Of a stretch of DNA of 64,000 nucleotides, positions 28,577 to 43,140 are shown piece after piece. Origin of the DNA: Eledone cirrhosa. Lineage: Eukaryota. A program made the position numbers and the translations under genes. Location: contig OZ024740.1 in the NCBI GenBank assembly GCA_964016885.1, positions 94,426,001 to 94,490,000 of the forward strand, in the 5' to 3' direction. Below the pieces are notes generated by a model, which saw only the letters and a list, made by a program, of their open reading frames with translations, was not told the DNA's origin and searched no databases. Each line of letters begins with the position of its first letter. The first letter of the stretch is position 1.

Positions 28577-31500
28577 AGGGATTTTTGTATTGTCGTGGAT
28601 GAATAGGGAGTGATTAGATAATGCAAACATTATATATATTTATACAAACACATGAATATACATTTAGGCATAATGTTGTGAAACATTTAACTCCTAATCT
28701 TTGAATTATTGAATAATCTAGAAGTATCCATCAATAAAAAGGCTATAAATGTCTATAAATATCTATATTAATATTAAAGTATACTATTATATTTAATTTA
28801 TAAAATCATATTTAAAGTGTTTGCAAACATGAGGAGGAATAGTTAATATTTTCATCCCCACGAAGGTAATCACTATTAAATTATATTATCTTATATTGTA
28901 TTAAACAATTTGTTTATATTGAAGTAATTCACATTATATAATTTAAAAAATAATTACAGTTATAACCTTAAAAATTTAAAATTAACAATTAGAATGCCTT
29001 AAAGTATCTAAAGGTCTTACATTTAAACTTAAAAAAGCGTATTATTAAATTAGATATATGCATTTGTCTAAATATATATACACATCAAACTTCGTGAATC
29101 ATAAGGATAAGAACCAGATTCAAAGTAAAAAAGTAAATTTTTTGCGATCATAAAAGTGCCAAATATCTAAGCTATATGATTTAAAAATTCAAGAACAATT
29201 TTTTAAAGACCTATATTTTAGTATATCATATTTAAAGTGTCTGCAAACATGAGAAAGAGAAAACTTAAGATGTTCATTGACCCGAAGGTAATCCGAATTT
29301 AATTAAATTAAATTAAAAAATAATTATCCTTATATCATTTAGAAAATATTTAACAATTATATCACTAGAATCCTTAAGTATCTAAAGTACTTATAAATGT
29401 AGCTAGAAGCATGTTATTATACTAGATATACACATTTGTCCAAAAATAAATAAAGTATTGTGTTCGGAACTCAAGACGATATTAGTAATCCATATACATA
29501 TAATAAATAATAAGAAAAATAATGTACATATAATAGATAATAATAATAATAAACAAAAATAATATACACAAATTAATCCAAATGGACATAGCATTCTTCT
29601 ATTACACCTAACCTATTACATAAGGCTTTGTTTTATGCTTACAAACATACAGATCTAACTACGGATTAAATCAATATCATATTAACTGTATAAGAACTCT
29701 AATTAATTTCAACAATGAGTATTGGACCCGTTCAGATAGGAATAGACACTTTGACATTACTATGGGATCATCGGACTCAGCGCATGTCACCGATCTTCTG
29801 GGATTTTTATCTTAAATATGGTAAATAGAAAACTGGCAGAGATTACCGGTGGTTTATATAGTGACGATATTTTATTTACGGTTGTCAAACATAGAAATAC
29901 AGAACTAAATAGGGTTAATAAAACTATAATTGAATTCTTTAAAAAATAGGACCTTAAATTAGAAGTTGAAAGTCGTAACAAAATAGTTAATTTCCTTGAC
30001 GTTACTCTTAACTTAAACTCAGGTTTTTAGTACCCTTTCCATAAGCCCACTGAAAACTTGAATTACGTTAGCTATTACTCTAATCACACTAAATCCGTGA
30101 AAAACGCAATAGTCAATAGTGTACAGACACGCATAACTAGAATATCCGCTAATAAATCCATATCTGATGAAAAAGCAGGATACTATAATGACGCGCTACG
30201 AAAGCAGGTTATAAAAATAATATTGAATTTATAGATAATAATAATTTGAATTATGATCCTGATAAAAATTAGACTAAGATATATAAACGAGATTCTAAAA
30301 ATTAGAATACAAGCACCCGTACCGTGAATAAATTGGGGAAAAAATCAGAACAAAATCAATGATATGCACCCCCCCCCCTTCCCCCATCTTCTGTAGCAAT
30401 AGAAACACCACTCGCAAATCTTTTCTTTAAAGCTTTAGATAAATCCTTCCCCATTCAGCACAAATATCGTTCCATATTTAACAGACACACAATTAAGCTT
30501 TCTTTTTCTGCAACTATGATATGGCCCAGAACATCGCAAAAATAAATAGTAGAATTCTAAATCATAATCAACAAACATTGAACGATAATGAATATAATAA
30601 CACTAGCAATATTAATACTAGGAATAACAATAACATTAATCTAAGCCCAATCAATTGAACACAAGTAATAATAATTGAACACAAGTAATAATAATGTTAA
30701 TGTAAGTTGTCCAATTCATAGTAATAACAATACATCGAAACGTAATTGTAGAAATATACCAAATTGCCTCTGCAAAATAATTGTCTGGAGAGCAATCTGG
30801 TCTATAAATTCACCGTAAAAGCACATAAGATCACATACAACTATATTGGTGCAACTTCATCGACATTTAAATCAAGATTTTCGAATCACAAATGCTCTGT
30901 TTCGAATCCTAATAGGAAATCTTCGACTTCTTTATCACAACTTATATGGTCGTTAAAAGAAAACAATTTAAAATACACGATTTCTTGTTCGAAGATGTGT
31001 AATAGTCGAATCTACTTGAATTGGTAAATATCACCTAACTGCAATCTCTGTACCATGGAGAGCCTATTAATAATTAGTAATTATGAACATTTTATTAACA
31101 ATAAAAGTGAATTATTCTCAAATTGCCTTCATAAAGCTTCATCTATATTCCAAGCCTCGCAAAAAGTCAGGAAAAAACACTAAATAAATAGGTTATATTA
31201 TTTTGACGTCTCTTATCAACTGAGTGCGTAAAAAGTTATAACAGATTATAAAATCTTATAATAATTTTAATTGTTTATTCTTTTAAGATAAGATTAATGT
31301 TAGATTAATGGGTTCTATAAACATATATATGTTTATAGAAACATATAGATTGTTAAGATGTTCTCTTGATGAATATGCATATCATTTGATTGGGTAGATA
31401 CATTTAATTTGATTGAGATTCTTGTATATTTTTTTTAATATATAGCTTATGTGGTTAACAGTTCTAATGAACCGTAAATCATTCATGCATTTATGCATTT

Positions 31501-32960
31501 GTGTATTTATTATTATGGTGTATGTTAGTTTTACGATTCAGGATGTTTGAGTAATATATTTATATTTATGTATAAATAGTTATGGTATATGCGTCACACA
31601 CGATCCTAGTCGACAACATTTGTCCACTTAACTTGATGTAAAACTTCAATTATAACTTTACAAACAATGATTGTATTTATTATTTATTATATGAATATGG
31701 ATCACTAATATCGTCTTGAGTTCTGAACAGAATACTCTATGTATATTTGGACAAATGAGTATATCTATTATAATAACATGCTTCTAGCTACATGTATACG
31801 TACTTTAGATACTTTAGGACATTCTAATGTTATACTTGTTAAATATTTTCTAAATTATATAATGATTATTATTTTTTAATTTAATTTAATTAAATTCTGA
31901 TTACCTTCGGATCAATGAACATCTTAAGTTTTCTCTTTCTCATGTTTGCAGATACATTAAATATGATATTATACTACAATATATATCTTTAAAAAATGTT
32001 CTTGTATTTTTAAATTATATAGCTTAGATATTTGGCACTTTTATGATCGCAAACAATTTACTTCTTTCTTTGAATCTGGTTCTTATCCTTATGATTCACG
32101 AAGTTTGATTTGTATATTTATATTTATGTTTATACTATATATATATTATATGATCCTAATATAATAACCTTAATTTTTAACAATGTTAACAGTAACTTAT
32201 TTATTATATTATATCATATTATGTTATGTATAACTGACTAATATCGTCTTGAACTTTAGACAATATGCTCTTTGTATATATATTTAGACAAATGCATATA
32301 TCTAAGTTAATAATACATTTTTTAAACTTGAATTATAAGGCATTTAGATACTTTAAGGCATTCAAATTGTTAACTTTACATTTTTAAGGTCATAACTGTA
32401 ATTATTTTCTAAATGATATAATGTGAATTATTTCAATATAAAAAAATGTTTTAATATAACATAATATAATATAATTTAATATGGATTACCTTCGTGGGGA
32501 TGAAAATATTAACTATTCCTTCTCATGTTTGCACATTTTTTAAATATGATTTTATAAATTAAATATAATAGTATACTTTAATATTAATATAGATATTTGT
32601 AAACTTGTATAGCCTGAAATATTATACATTTTGATTAATTCATTATTCTAAACTAACATAAATGATTTTAAATTTAACGGTCAGTCTGATACGTTTGGAT
32701 ATATATAGTGTATTTACATATAGTGTTAGTATATTTCTAATTAATTAAGGACTCGAAATTATACCTTCATATAATTACACCCTTATATATATTAAATATT
32801 TAGATTGGTGGATAGTTCTAGATAATTCAATAATTCAAAGATTCGAGTGGAATCTTTCACAACACTATGCCTAAATGTATATTCATGTGTCTGTATAGAT
32901 ATTTATAATTGTTGCATTATCTGATTACACCTATTCATCCACGACAATACAAAAATCCCT
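28577..32960 (+). mobile_element. Penelope-like element (C-terminal EN; Nematis/Hydra-type motifs) bracketed by long inverted arms
   Basis: Core 29520-31185: LIQMDI (motif A), FDITMGSSDSAHVTDLLG, GGLYSDD, VNFLDVTLNL, then CRNIPNCPLQNNCLESNLVY..YIGATSSTFKSRFSNH..TSLSQLIW..CNLC (GIY-YIG). Arms 28577-~29513 and ~31677-32960 are reverse complements. Clade assignment is tentative. Confidence 0.85.
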
Positions 32961-33074
32961 TAGAATTAATATATCTAGTAACATATATATACACAGATGC
33001 ATACTCATGCTAGCAAATATATAGGTTTTGTCTTAGTAACGTTGTGGTTCAATTCATGGGGATGCAGAACAATA

Positions 33075-33430
<356 letters not shown>

Positions 33431-33544
33431 GCATATTTGTGTGTATCCCCTTCCTTCCATTTACATACACATACATTGACACAAACACACTGTGTTACGG
33501 ACGGATAAGCAAAAGTCCCTCACATTTATATATACGTGAATAGA

Positions 33545-34145
33545 GTTCCACTGAAGCAGGTAGGGAAGTTCAAGTATCTCGGGGCCGTATCACGAGTGAT
33601 GGAATGCAGGAAACTGAATTAAGTGAAATAATTGCAAACATTGATGCAGTACTGCGCCAGCTTCTGCATTCAGTAATCAGAAGGGAGTTAGGTTTAAAAG
33701 CCAAACTCTCTGTTTTCCTGGCATTCCTGCAAAAATTTACCAACGATCATGAATCTTGGGTAATGACCGAAAGAATATAATTGCAAATACAAGCGGCCTA
33801 ATTGGGGTTCCTTCGAATGGTCTTTGGAGTAGCTGTAGTCGATAAAGTGCATAGCTCGGAGATCGGAGATTCACTCCAGGTAAAGCCGCGACATCTCCGG
33901 ATTAACAGTGCACAGTTCCGATTTTCTGGGCATGTGATTAGAATGTGTCAGGAAATAATCGCTGGACAGATATTACAGGGAAAACCAACCGGCAAGAGAC
34001 CCAGGGACAGACCTCGAGGAAAATAGATGGATCGCATCCATGTGCTTGTTAGAGATGTTTGCTTCTGATAGACTCGCTGAAAGAAGTATTTGAGGTGGAA
34101 TCTGCCGCCACGACCCTCTCAGAATAAGTTGATGAAGAAGAAGAT
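33545..34145 (+). mobile_element. RTE-clade (Rex3/Expander-like) LINE 3' fragment
   Basis: LKQVGKFKYLG..HESWVMTERI..GFLRMV..DKVHSSEI..GHVIRM..PTGKRPRDRPR; GAA-rich tail. Confidence 0.85.
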
Positions 34146-34779
34146 ATAGTCATATCTGCATATATATTTGCGCGTAATACCAATACGCACTCTAGATATG
34201 CTAGCAGAATATCGCCTAGAGCGGGACTTCTGCTTGTATACATAATAATATTAATGACAACAATAATAACAATAATAAAAAAGAAAACAAAACAAAAGAA
34301 AAACAAGAATAGGAACATATAGAGAAATAAGAGAAATAAATAGGGAAGAATAGGGTATTGCAATAATTCTCGTGTAGCAGAATAGAATGGAGGGGTAAAT
34401 AGGGATGTTTATTGGTCTTTGGGCCATGGGCATGGGGGCACTATATATATATATAAATATATATATATATATGGGCGTGTGTTTGTGTGTGTATGTGTGT
34501 GTGTGTGTGCGTGTGTGTTTGTGTATATGCGTGTGTGTGTGTGTGTGTGTCTGTATGTTTCCTTCTGTGTATATATACTGTGTTGGTAGCAAAACAAGAA
34601 AAGGGGTTTTAATTTGTCATGTAAACGGTTAAACATCAGCCCTTATAATTGATATCGTTAAAATATTTACATTGAACATTTAGTACGTCTTATTATCTAT
34701 AAATATGTTTTGAAATGAGAGGTAGAATGGTGTTCTCCAAAGGGCCTTTGGAGTAACATTGCATTATAGAATTATTAGG

Positions 34780-35105
34780 GCGGAGTTAAGTGTGTGTCTA
34801 CAGGTAGACACACTACTTCTTCAAATGGAGAGATCACAGCTCCGATACAATAGTCATCTTGTTAGAATATCTCAGGAATTAATTGCTGGATGGATTTCTA
34901 TGGGAAAAACCATATGGCAGAAGTCCATGTGTTAGATTCTGAGCAAGATGATGAGATAAGTTGCATGAGCTCGGCTGGACTTGCTTGGGGATGATCAAAC
35001 TGGATCATTTGTAGAGGTTTGCCTCAAACAGGAAGCACTGGAAGGAGTGATTGACAATTATGACCCCAGGCACCTCACAGAAATAAATGGGCGAAGATGA
35101 AGAAA
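34780..35105 (+). mobile_element. Older RTE/Rex3-like 3' fragment
   Basis: Colinear similarity to 33870-34140 (atcacagctccga..gtcatcttgttagaat..ggaaaacc..cctcacagaaataa..gaagatgaag). Confidence 0.6.
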
Positions 35106-36859
35106 AGGTGCATTTGCAAAAAAATCGGAAATTATTATCAAAAAATGGATGTGCAATTATGCAAATATGTATTAAGGGATGTTACTTTTTCTTTTAATAA
35201 AACACATTCATACTTTTGGCACTTGGATTTGATTTTACTGGTTTTGATTGATTAAGACAAAATTAGCATTCCAAATTGCATTCTAATATTTTCTATCTAT
35301 TTTCTCATTATATATTTCGGATTCGTTGGTGTGGGGTAATTTTAAATAGGCTCTACATTTCCAGTGGAAATTGATTTAATAACCCATTATCGTAGCAGGA
35401 ATCATTCAATTACAAAATGCAGATAAAATTATGTTGTCCTGTGGAATATGTGAGTGTGAGTGGATGTGTGGTTGTGTGGATATTTCTACAATTGCGATAT
35501 AATTTGTAATTTATTCTTAAGTGTTCTGGTTGCGGTGCACTACATTTAAACATACAAAATAAACAAAAGTAAGTTTGAACCTCATTCATGATGACCTCAC
35601 TTGTTTGTCTGGGTTGAAGTTGTCAGAATTTCAAGTAAAGTGCTGGCAGGATGAGTAGGTCAATATTATAAAATGCCGATCATGTATCTGTATGGATGTG
35701 AGTTTGCACCCGTGTATCAGGGATTTTGTGGGTACCTTTGTTTGGGCAACTCTCTACACTCATATATGCGCAGAATGTGACCAGTCGGTTTCAGGCATCT
35801 TTCAGCGATTGTATCAGTTGGTAGCCTCCGTTTACTTCTGTTCAATACCTCTACATTAATAATCACGTCTCGTTAAGTGATTTACATGATCTTTCTTGGG
35901 CATCTTTGTTGGAAAATCTTGAGCTTCTTTAGTATTTTCGCAGTCAACAAAAATAACAAAACAAATGGCACAACACATGGCAGAAATATATTAGTTTAAC
36001 GCTTGAAATAGCAGAAAGAGAGACTTAACGTTTCGTCACTATTCCTTCATCGAGAGATAGATCTAGAAATAGACGATAAATAGAAAGTAAAGAGTTTTAG
36101 AGATAGGAATAGGGAAAATGAGAAAAAATATGTGCTCATATATATCTGCTTACGTGTGTCTATATGTACAATCATAATGATTTTGTCAGCGTATATTTAC
36201 AATTAACCAATTTATGTTTTACTTATACAGTTCACAATATATCATCTAATGTATCAGGTTGGTGACTAGCACCAAAATCCCACCGAAACTGCTATTTGAT
36301 AAGAGGGACGAAAACAAACTATACCGCTTAGACCATCGCCCTGGTTATCAAGCAATGCGTTTATGCGTTTGGTAGAAACGCGTATTCGAAAAATATAATA
36401 CATTCTCCATTTCATCATGCATTGTTGGTGATGGTTCTGAGACCTGTCCTGGAAGGCACCGGATGGGCGCACAATTATTGCGTATACCGAGACTACAAAG
36501 AGATTTCACAAGGAAGCCAACATTGACAATAGAACCTGGAAAATCACAACAAGATTACATCTAATATCCAGCATTAATACGTGTAAGTGTATGTCATATT
36601 TGTTTTTAAATTGTTTTTGTTCTTTAATATATGTCTTAAATGGTGTATGATCATTTATGGAAAAATATCTCTAAACTTAAATAGGAGATCGAGGATAAAG
36701 CGATTATTCCAGACCGAATATTGAAAACTAAGTTATAACCAAGTTTCTTTCTTTCTCCTTCCTTTTATTTACAATTCGTAATGAAGATACAATCAAATAC
36801 ACATTCTCTCTTACATACACACACCAGTTCCGATTACAAAAGACCAAACTCCCACTGAC

Positions 36860-37560
36860 ACCGCCTGTCTCTCTACCCTGCTCACCGCATTTCTCAATAA
36901 TGTGAGCAAGTTGGGGCAGATGCACTGGTCACATCGCGGACCCGATAGACGATTAGAGAAAGCATTTACCAGAGGATGGGGAGGGAGACATGCCGGAAGA
37001 GCCAGTCGAGCTTGGGTGACTCACATATGCAGGACACCAAATCAGTATCGATAGCGGTGAAGAGAGAGGTCGCCCTAGAGCCAAGAAGACCAGAGTTCTC
37101 CACTTCCACTAGCCTGACAGCAAACATATCGAAGAGCCACCGATATTTGGAGAGTTTATCCTCCTCGGCCCGAAACGCATCAGAGTCTAGGTTGTTGCTG
37201 ACTGCACCTGGTTGCTGCATGTGGAATCATAGATGAGTGTTATACCACCGCTGAACAGGAAAATGGTCATGCAGTTTTGCCTTTCGCTGTACGCTTGGTA
37301 CAGCCCCACTGGCTGGATTGAGAAGCCTGCAGCATCCAAACCATGCTTGATGACCTTGTACAGAGCAGCACGGTGTAGAATGCAGCAGACACTGTAGCGG
37401 TAGGACATCGGTTGCAGACTGAAAGTGTCTACGGTGGATCCGAGCGGCATTTATGTGACTCACAGATTCGGGGGCCGAGTCTCAGGGAAACACTGATTTT
37501 TAGGCTATCACTGTCCAACATCATTTCGTTTGAAAAAGATAGTAAGGCACTGAGCTAGTC
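36860..37560 (-). mobile_element. Possible degraded Tx1/L1 ORF2 C-terminal remnant
   Basis: GC-richer island with broken frames weakly resembling post-RT Tx1 sequence (DAFRAEEDKL..LF; CP motif). Weak support. Confidence 0.35.
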
Positions 37561-38679
37561 ACGACTGTGGGGTTGCGAGGCCGAGTGATTACAAGAGAGA
37601 CTGTGCTGATCGAGTTGGCGCGCTAGCCTGTCCGAGGCCAAGTTTTACTGGATGTTATCCAATATGGTCTATGAGGATTTGGCGCCAAAAGATGGAATAG
37701 GCGAATGGGCGTCTACTAAGCAGAGTCGAGCCGGTTCCAATGAGGAACAAGGCAAGAGGTTACCGAAATAAGGAAAGCCGGCAAAGCCAGTGAGAAGGGA
37801 AACTGGAGACGAAGGCCAACATCTCTAGCTGGTAATGTGGCCTAGAGCCAGAAAATACATGAGGAATACATAATATAAGAAGCAATACTTGTTTTTAAAT
37901 AAAATGAGTGGTAATTAACGTAACTAGTTTTAAAATTATCCCCTTCTCTTCTCAAGAAAACAATGTCTTAACAATCATGCATATGAACGACTACATACCT
38001 TCAGCGAATAGACTTAGTCAAACATTCTTGGCCAATATTCTTTTTGATTCCTTACAAATATTTAAAATGTGCTTTTTTAAAATAAATATAAATTCATAAA
38101 TAATGAATGAGATTTAATCTGTGCATTAAAAAATATGTGAATTAAATTCAAGTAAATGAAAATTAACTTATTTGTGTACTCTTTTTTCTAAAAGAAATGC
38201 GTGTAACAAATGTATAGAAGGTATGAAACAAATTTGGTTAAATGATATATTTAAGATGCATTAACATTAATGGAACGATGGAGTCATGAAAATAAGTAAA
38301 GTCAATTAATAAATAAGTTTATAAGAATCTGTATACATCTCAGTGCATAGAGGTTGTAAGTGTTAAAGACATTGATATACTATAAACAATAACATTATTA
38401 ACTAGTAGATCCAATAACATAATGTAGAACATGCAGAAGTCAAGCAAAACAATTGCAAAGCGAATGGCATTGTGATCAACGGCAGAAAGAAACATATTGA
38501 TCGTTAGATCCATTTCTCAGTTATCGATTTGTTATTCGCAGCTTTTCCAAGTTTTAGAAACACATTATGGCAGCCTGTGTTGAAGAAAGGTGAAACCATA
38601 TTTTGTGTTATTATTCGAACGCTGGGCAAAAATAACGAGAGTCTATTCAATACCTGAAATCCTATATTATTATTATTAT

Positions 38680-41600
38680 GCTTTGAGTCTCAGTCATTGA
38701 TGTTATTTAACTGGAAAGTTTGTTGAAATGAATATCAAGCTGCTACTTGCAGCTTCAGATATTCAAGACGTATCGTAGGTTTCTTGCTGTTCCCAGCAAG
38801 CATGCCTTTTGAAATATTCCAAAAATTGAGGCTGGACTAATATTCTTCAACCATCATTGGAAACTCTTTGAGATAGTACCTAGTGCACCTATGACAATCG
38901 GGACCACCTTGATTTCATGGCAGTTCCAAATCCGTTTTAACTCCCACTTTAAATCCTGGTATCGCTTAATTTTCTCACTCTCCTTTTTCTTGCGTTCTCG
39001 TGTCAAATTAGGCTGGCTACATCTACAATCAGGCACGATCTTTTTTTCCTTGTTCAAAACCACCAGGTCACGCCTATTGTGCTCTAATGTCTTGTCCGCC
39101 TGTATCCTAAAATCCTATAGTACCTTCAACTGATCGTTTTATATCACCGGTTCTGGCTTATCCTCATACCACTTCTCAGAATGTGGTAAATTGTTTTCTT
39201 TGCATAGATGCCAGTGGATCACCATGCCTATCACACCATGTCTCCAACCTTTATAGTGAGTCTGGGCTACATTCGGATTCGGATTCGGATACACTTTGAG
39301 CCACAGTCTTCTCTCTCTCACCACATATCCTACACAGTGAGTTAGCCTCCTCCTTGTAAATATGGTTTTTCACCCACTTCGTTCTGAGAGCCTGCTCTTG
39401 CGCAGCCATTAGGATTCCCTCTGTAGCTTGTTTAAGGTCTCCTCTTTTTAACCAGTTCCATGTATGTGGATCTCTAAATGCACTTTTCTTAAAGAAGGTA
39501 CTATTAAGGGATTTTTCATGAAGGTTGCTCTTTCTCCTTGATGCTATTTCCTCCTTGAACATCCCATGGTCTATGGCTCACTACTGTCAATCACGTATTT
39601 GTGCAGGTTGTTTTTCTCCATCTGAACACAGTCATCTATGCTGATAAGACCTCTTCCACCTTCAGATCTCCTCTTTTGGAACAGGTTGTATATTGTATAT
39701 AGTCAATAGCTTCCTAATCTTCCTATCCATTCCTTTTAGTTCAGCAACATTCCATTTTAGAATTCCCGTACCGTACCTAATAATAGAGACAGCTCAGTTA
39801 TTTAATGCACTTATGGCAATCCTATTATTTAGATGGGATTTTAATACACTCCTTCCTCTCCGTATGTACTCAGATCTTATCAATTCCTTCATTGTTTTGT
39901 TCTTGATGTCATCTGCCTCCAGAACACGTACATATTTGTATCGTTCTTCAGTGTCAATTTCTTTTATCATCTCACCTGTTGGTACCTGGATTCCGTTGCT
40001 TCTGCTCAAGTTACCCTTCATTTACTCCTCATCTCTAGCACTCCACACTTATCAACACCTAATTCCATACATATATCATTGCAGAAAATACGGATAGTGT
40101 CAACATGTACATCCAAATCCTTCTCACTCTTCCGAAACAGTTTAAGATCATCCATGAAGGGGAGGTGGTTCATGATGAGCTCTCTTATTCCAAGCTTGTA
40201 GCCTGCCCTCACTTTTCGCAATATAAGGGCAAGGACAAACAGCAGAGAGGACACACTATCTCCCTGGAAGATACCTCTCTTGATCTTCACGCCCCTCCCC
40301 CAAGGATGCTCCACCCGATGTTAACACTGTTTCCCAGGACTTCATACTTTTGCTCAACAACTGTATGATGCTATCTTCCACCTTGAAGATATCTAGGCTT
40401 TTGGTTATCCAAGAATGAGGTACCATGTCGAATGCCTTTTTGTAATCTGTCCATCTCATGGCAAGACCAGTGTGCCTCGTCTTGCAATTTCTACATTACG
40501 GACAGACATGTGATAGGCGTATAGTTGGTAACATTATTACCCTTGATTCGGTCTTTCATTACCAGAACTGTGGTAACTTTTGTCAACCACTCTAATACCT
40601 CACACGACACCAAGCAGTCATTGAACATGGTTGTCAGTTTAGGGAGGCGGGATGATATATTTTTAATCCGATACCCCTGCACAAAATCTGGGCCTGGTGA
40701 TTCCCTGTTGGTTAGTTCTTTAGCCTGCCCTTTAAGAGTTTCAACTGTGATACTCACATCAGATTGTTGGTGTACTTGTTCACTCATCTCATTTTTAAAC
40801 TATCTCAATCCACATTGCCTGACTATTATGTTCAACATCCTGCTCCTATATTCCTCTCCAGAATGATTTATTATGTTCGGCCTCTGGAATCACGTCGTTG
40901 TCTCTTCCTTTCCCTTCAAGCTGTCCAATCTACATCTTCTGGTTGTTGTCAAACATGCGGTTCTGTCTATACTGACTGACTTTGTTATCATACCGCCTGA
41001 TCTTTGCAATTTTTGCTAATATGCGTTGCTTCAGTTTCTCTATGCTAATAATTATATGAGTTCCCCTAGTTTTGCATTTTAATTCCAATCTATCTTTAGT
41101 CTCTATGTTTTGTAATGTCCCAATTCAAGCTTTCTAATGTATTTTCTCATTTCCTTGATTTGACCCTTCAGTCGTTTCTCACACCAACGCTCTGATCTTT
41201 CATGTTTGTTGTTTCCTCTCATTGTTCATGCCAAGGGACTTCCTCATAGCGTTTGCGGTTGCTTTGAGGATATTATTGATTTGGTGAAGGTTCCTCGCCT
41301 CAAGGTATAGGATGACTTTGTTTACCTTAGCTGTTGTTTCTTTTAACATTTTCCTGACTACAATTCTTAGATTCATAGGTGTTCCACTATCATTGTTCAT
41401 TTCATCTACCACTAAGTTCAGGATATCAACCAAATCTTTTCCTAGCCCGTCAGTATTCATTTCCTCAATGGCCGTATCTTTGTTCCAGATGTTATTTATT
41501 TCCGCATTCAGATCATTGTCTGCTGCGGACACTTCCTCAAGTCTCTCAACCTCTTCACCTTCATTTCCAAGTGGCCCGTTTGCCTGACGTACTCCACTCT

Positions 41601-42380
41601 CCATTTCCACCTATCTCTCTGCTCAGTTCCTTCAGTTCCAACTCGCTTAATCATCCATTAGTTCTTATTACCCGAGCCTGCCCGGCCAATTTTTGTTCAT
41701 CTAATTTAAATAGACCAATATCGTTCCAGATGTTATGCATCCGTTTCCTATAGCCTTTCTCCATGGTGTTACTCTTCCGGTAACATTTCATGACAGTTCT
41801 CTTCAATTCTTTCGTCCAGCTAGTTATTGTCCCTTTCCTTCTTCTTCCACCAACACCAGCAGTATTTGGATGACAGCCAGGTCCCTACAGCTGGGCCAGG
41901 GAGCACTTCCTGTGTGAGAGTATTGCACATGACGTTCGAGTCTCCTTTTCACGAGCTGTTTAGGCTTGACATTTAAACACACATATCGAGGATTGGTGAA
42001 TGTTTAGTTACATAACCACCGGTGATTTCATCACCAGTGGTGATTTTATCAGCCCCGGTGATTTTGCGTGGTGCCATCACGCTGTAGACTAACAAATAAA
42101 TAAGTAAAAACATAGAAACATATACATAAGTTTCATTGTAATATTTGAATCTCTGACTTAGTTGTTTTTTTTCCTTTTTGTTTTTCAAGGACAGTAATAT
42201 CGGTTACTAGTGTTGTTGCTGCTGCTGCTGTTGTTTTTGATTTTAGCTACGCTAAGCTCGTGGTCATAGCAACGAGGGAGGTAGGGGGTGTTGCGTTCAA
42301 AACTTTTGAAATTTGTTTTTCTTTTGCTCTCGCGTTTGTTTTTTACTGTGTTCTGTTCTGTAATTTTTCGGTTGTTGCTT
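38680..42380 (-). mobile_element. Dong copy 3: older, degraded, near full-length
   Basis: Colinear with copy 1 (GIFQGDSVS, HLPFMDD, CRICGERE, KIKRYQDLKWE, VPIVIGALG). Many stops and indels. Short TAA tracts at 38666-38679 and ~42379-42390. Confidence 0.92.
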
Positions 42381-42389
42381 ATCATTATT

Positions 42390-42597
42390 ACTTTGCCTTT
42401 CATCTTTACGGGGTCGATAAAATAAAGTACCAGTAATGCACTGGGTTTTTGCTGGTCTTGTGCCTAAAGTAGAAACAATTATTTGTATTATCCCACCGAG
42501 GTTAACTTTGTCTTTCATCCTTACGGGGTCGATAAAATAAAGTACCAGTGATGCACTGTAATTTGCTGGCCTTGTGCCAAAAGTAGAAACAATTATT
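42390..42597 (+). mobile_element. Two tandem 5'-truncated SINE family A copies
   Basis: ctttcatc..acggggtcgataaaataaagtaccagt..aagtagaaacaattatt occurs twice (42390-42483, ~42489-42597). Confidence 0.88.
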
Positions 42598-42639
42598 CTT
42601 ATTATTTGACATCTTTTAAACTAAACATATAGTTAAAAT

Positions 42640-43140
42640 TAAGTGATGTATCCTGACGGGAGACTTCAATGTCCATATTAGTACAGGCTACATAACATGG
42701 AAATGAGGGATTCGAAAGAATTGTTACTGAGATCTAAATGCGAATGGAGCGGACCTATAAAACTTCTCTTTCAGCAATGGACTCTTATGAACAGATTCCT
42801 CCAGCTCAAAGCCATCCATAAATATACATGGTATAAGGGGAGTCATGTACTATAATTTGTAATTGTCAACGATTTCTTTGATTATGTGCTCAATGTCCGT
42901 GTTAAGAGAGAGAGTCTGAGCTGTCAACTGATCACCATCTAGTCACCTGAAACCTGACACTATGTATCTCCAAAGAAGCCCACGAAATGTCATGTCCATG
43001 GTGAACTACAGGATAAATTGTGAAACGGTTGTGAATAAGATTGTCAGGAGCAAGTGTGCTGATACTATTGTATTTCCTGTGCGGTACAATGCAATATTAG
43101 AATCAAGCATTGTTCTAGATTGCGTCAAAGGTTTCTTTGC
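42640..43140 (+). mobile_element. RTE/Rex3-like APE endonuclease remnant
   Basis: ILTGDFNVHI..NANG..IHKYTWY..VLNVRVKR..ELSTDHHLV motifs across broken frames. Confidence 0.75.

Noticed and set aside
31677-32600. SECIS-like elements in the PLE 3' repeats (ATGAA motifs)
   Set aside because: No matching GA quartet or apical AA geometry; selenoprotein-encoding Naiad PLEs have an N-terminal endonuclease, unlike this element.
36266-36560. Tc1-like transposase C-terminus (KRINALLDNQG)
   Set aside because: Only one short weak motif; no DDE residues or terminal inverted repeats found.
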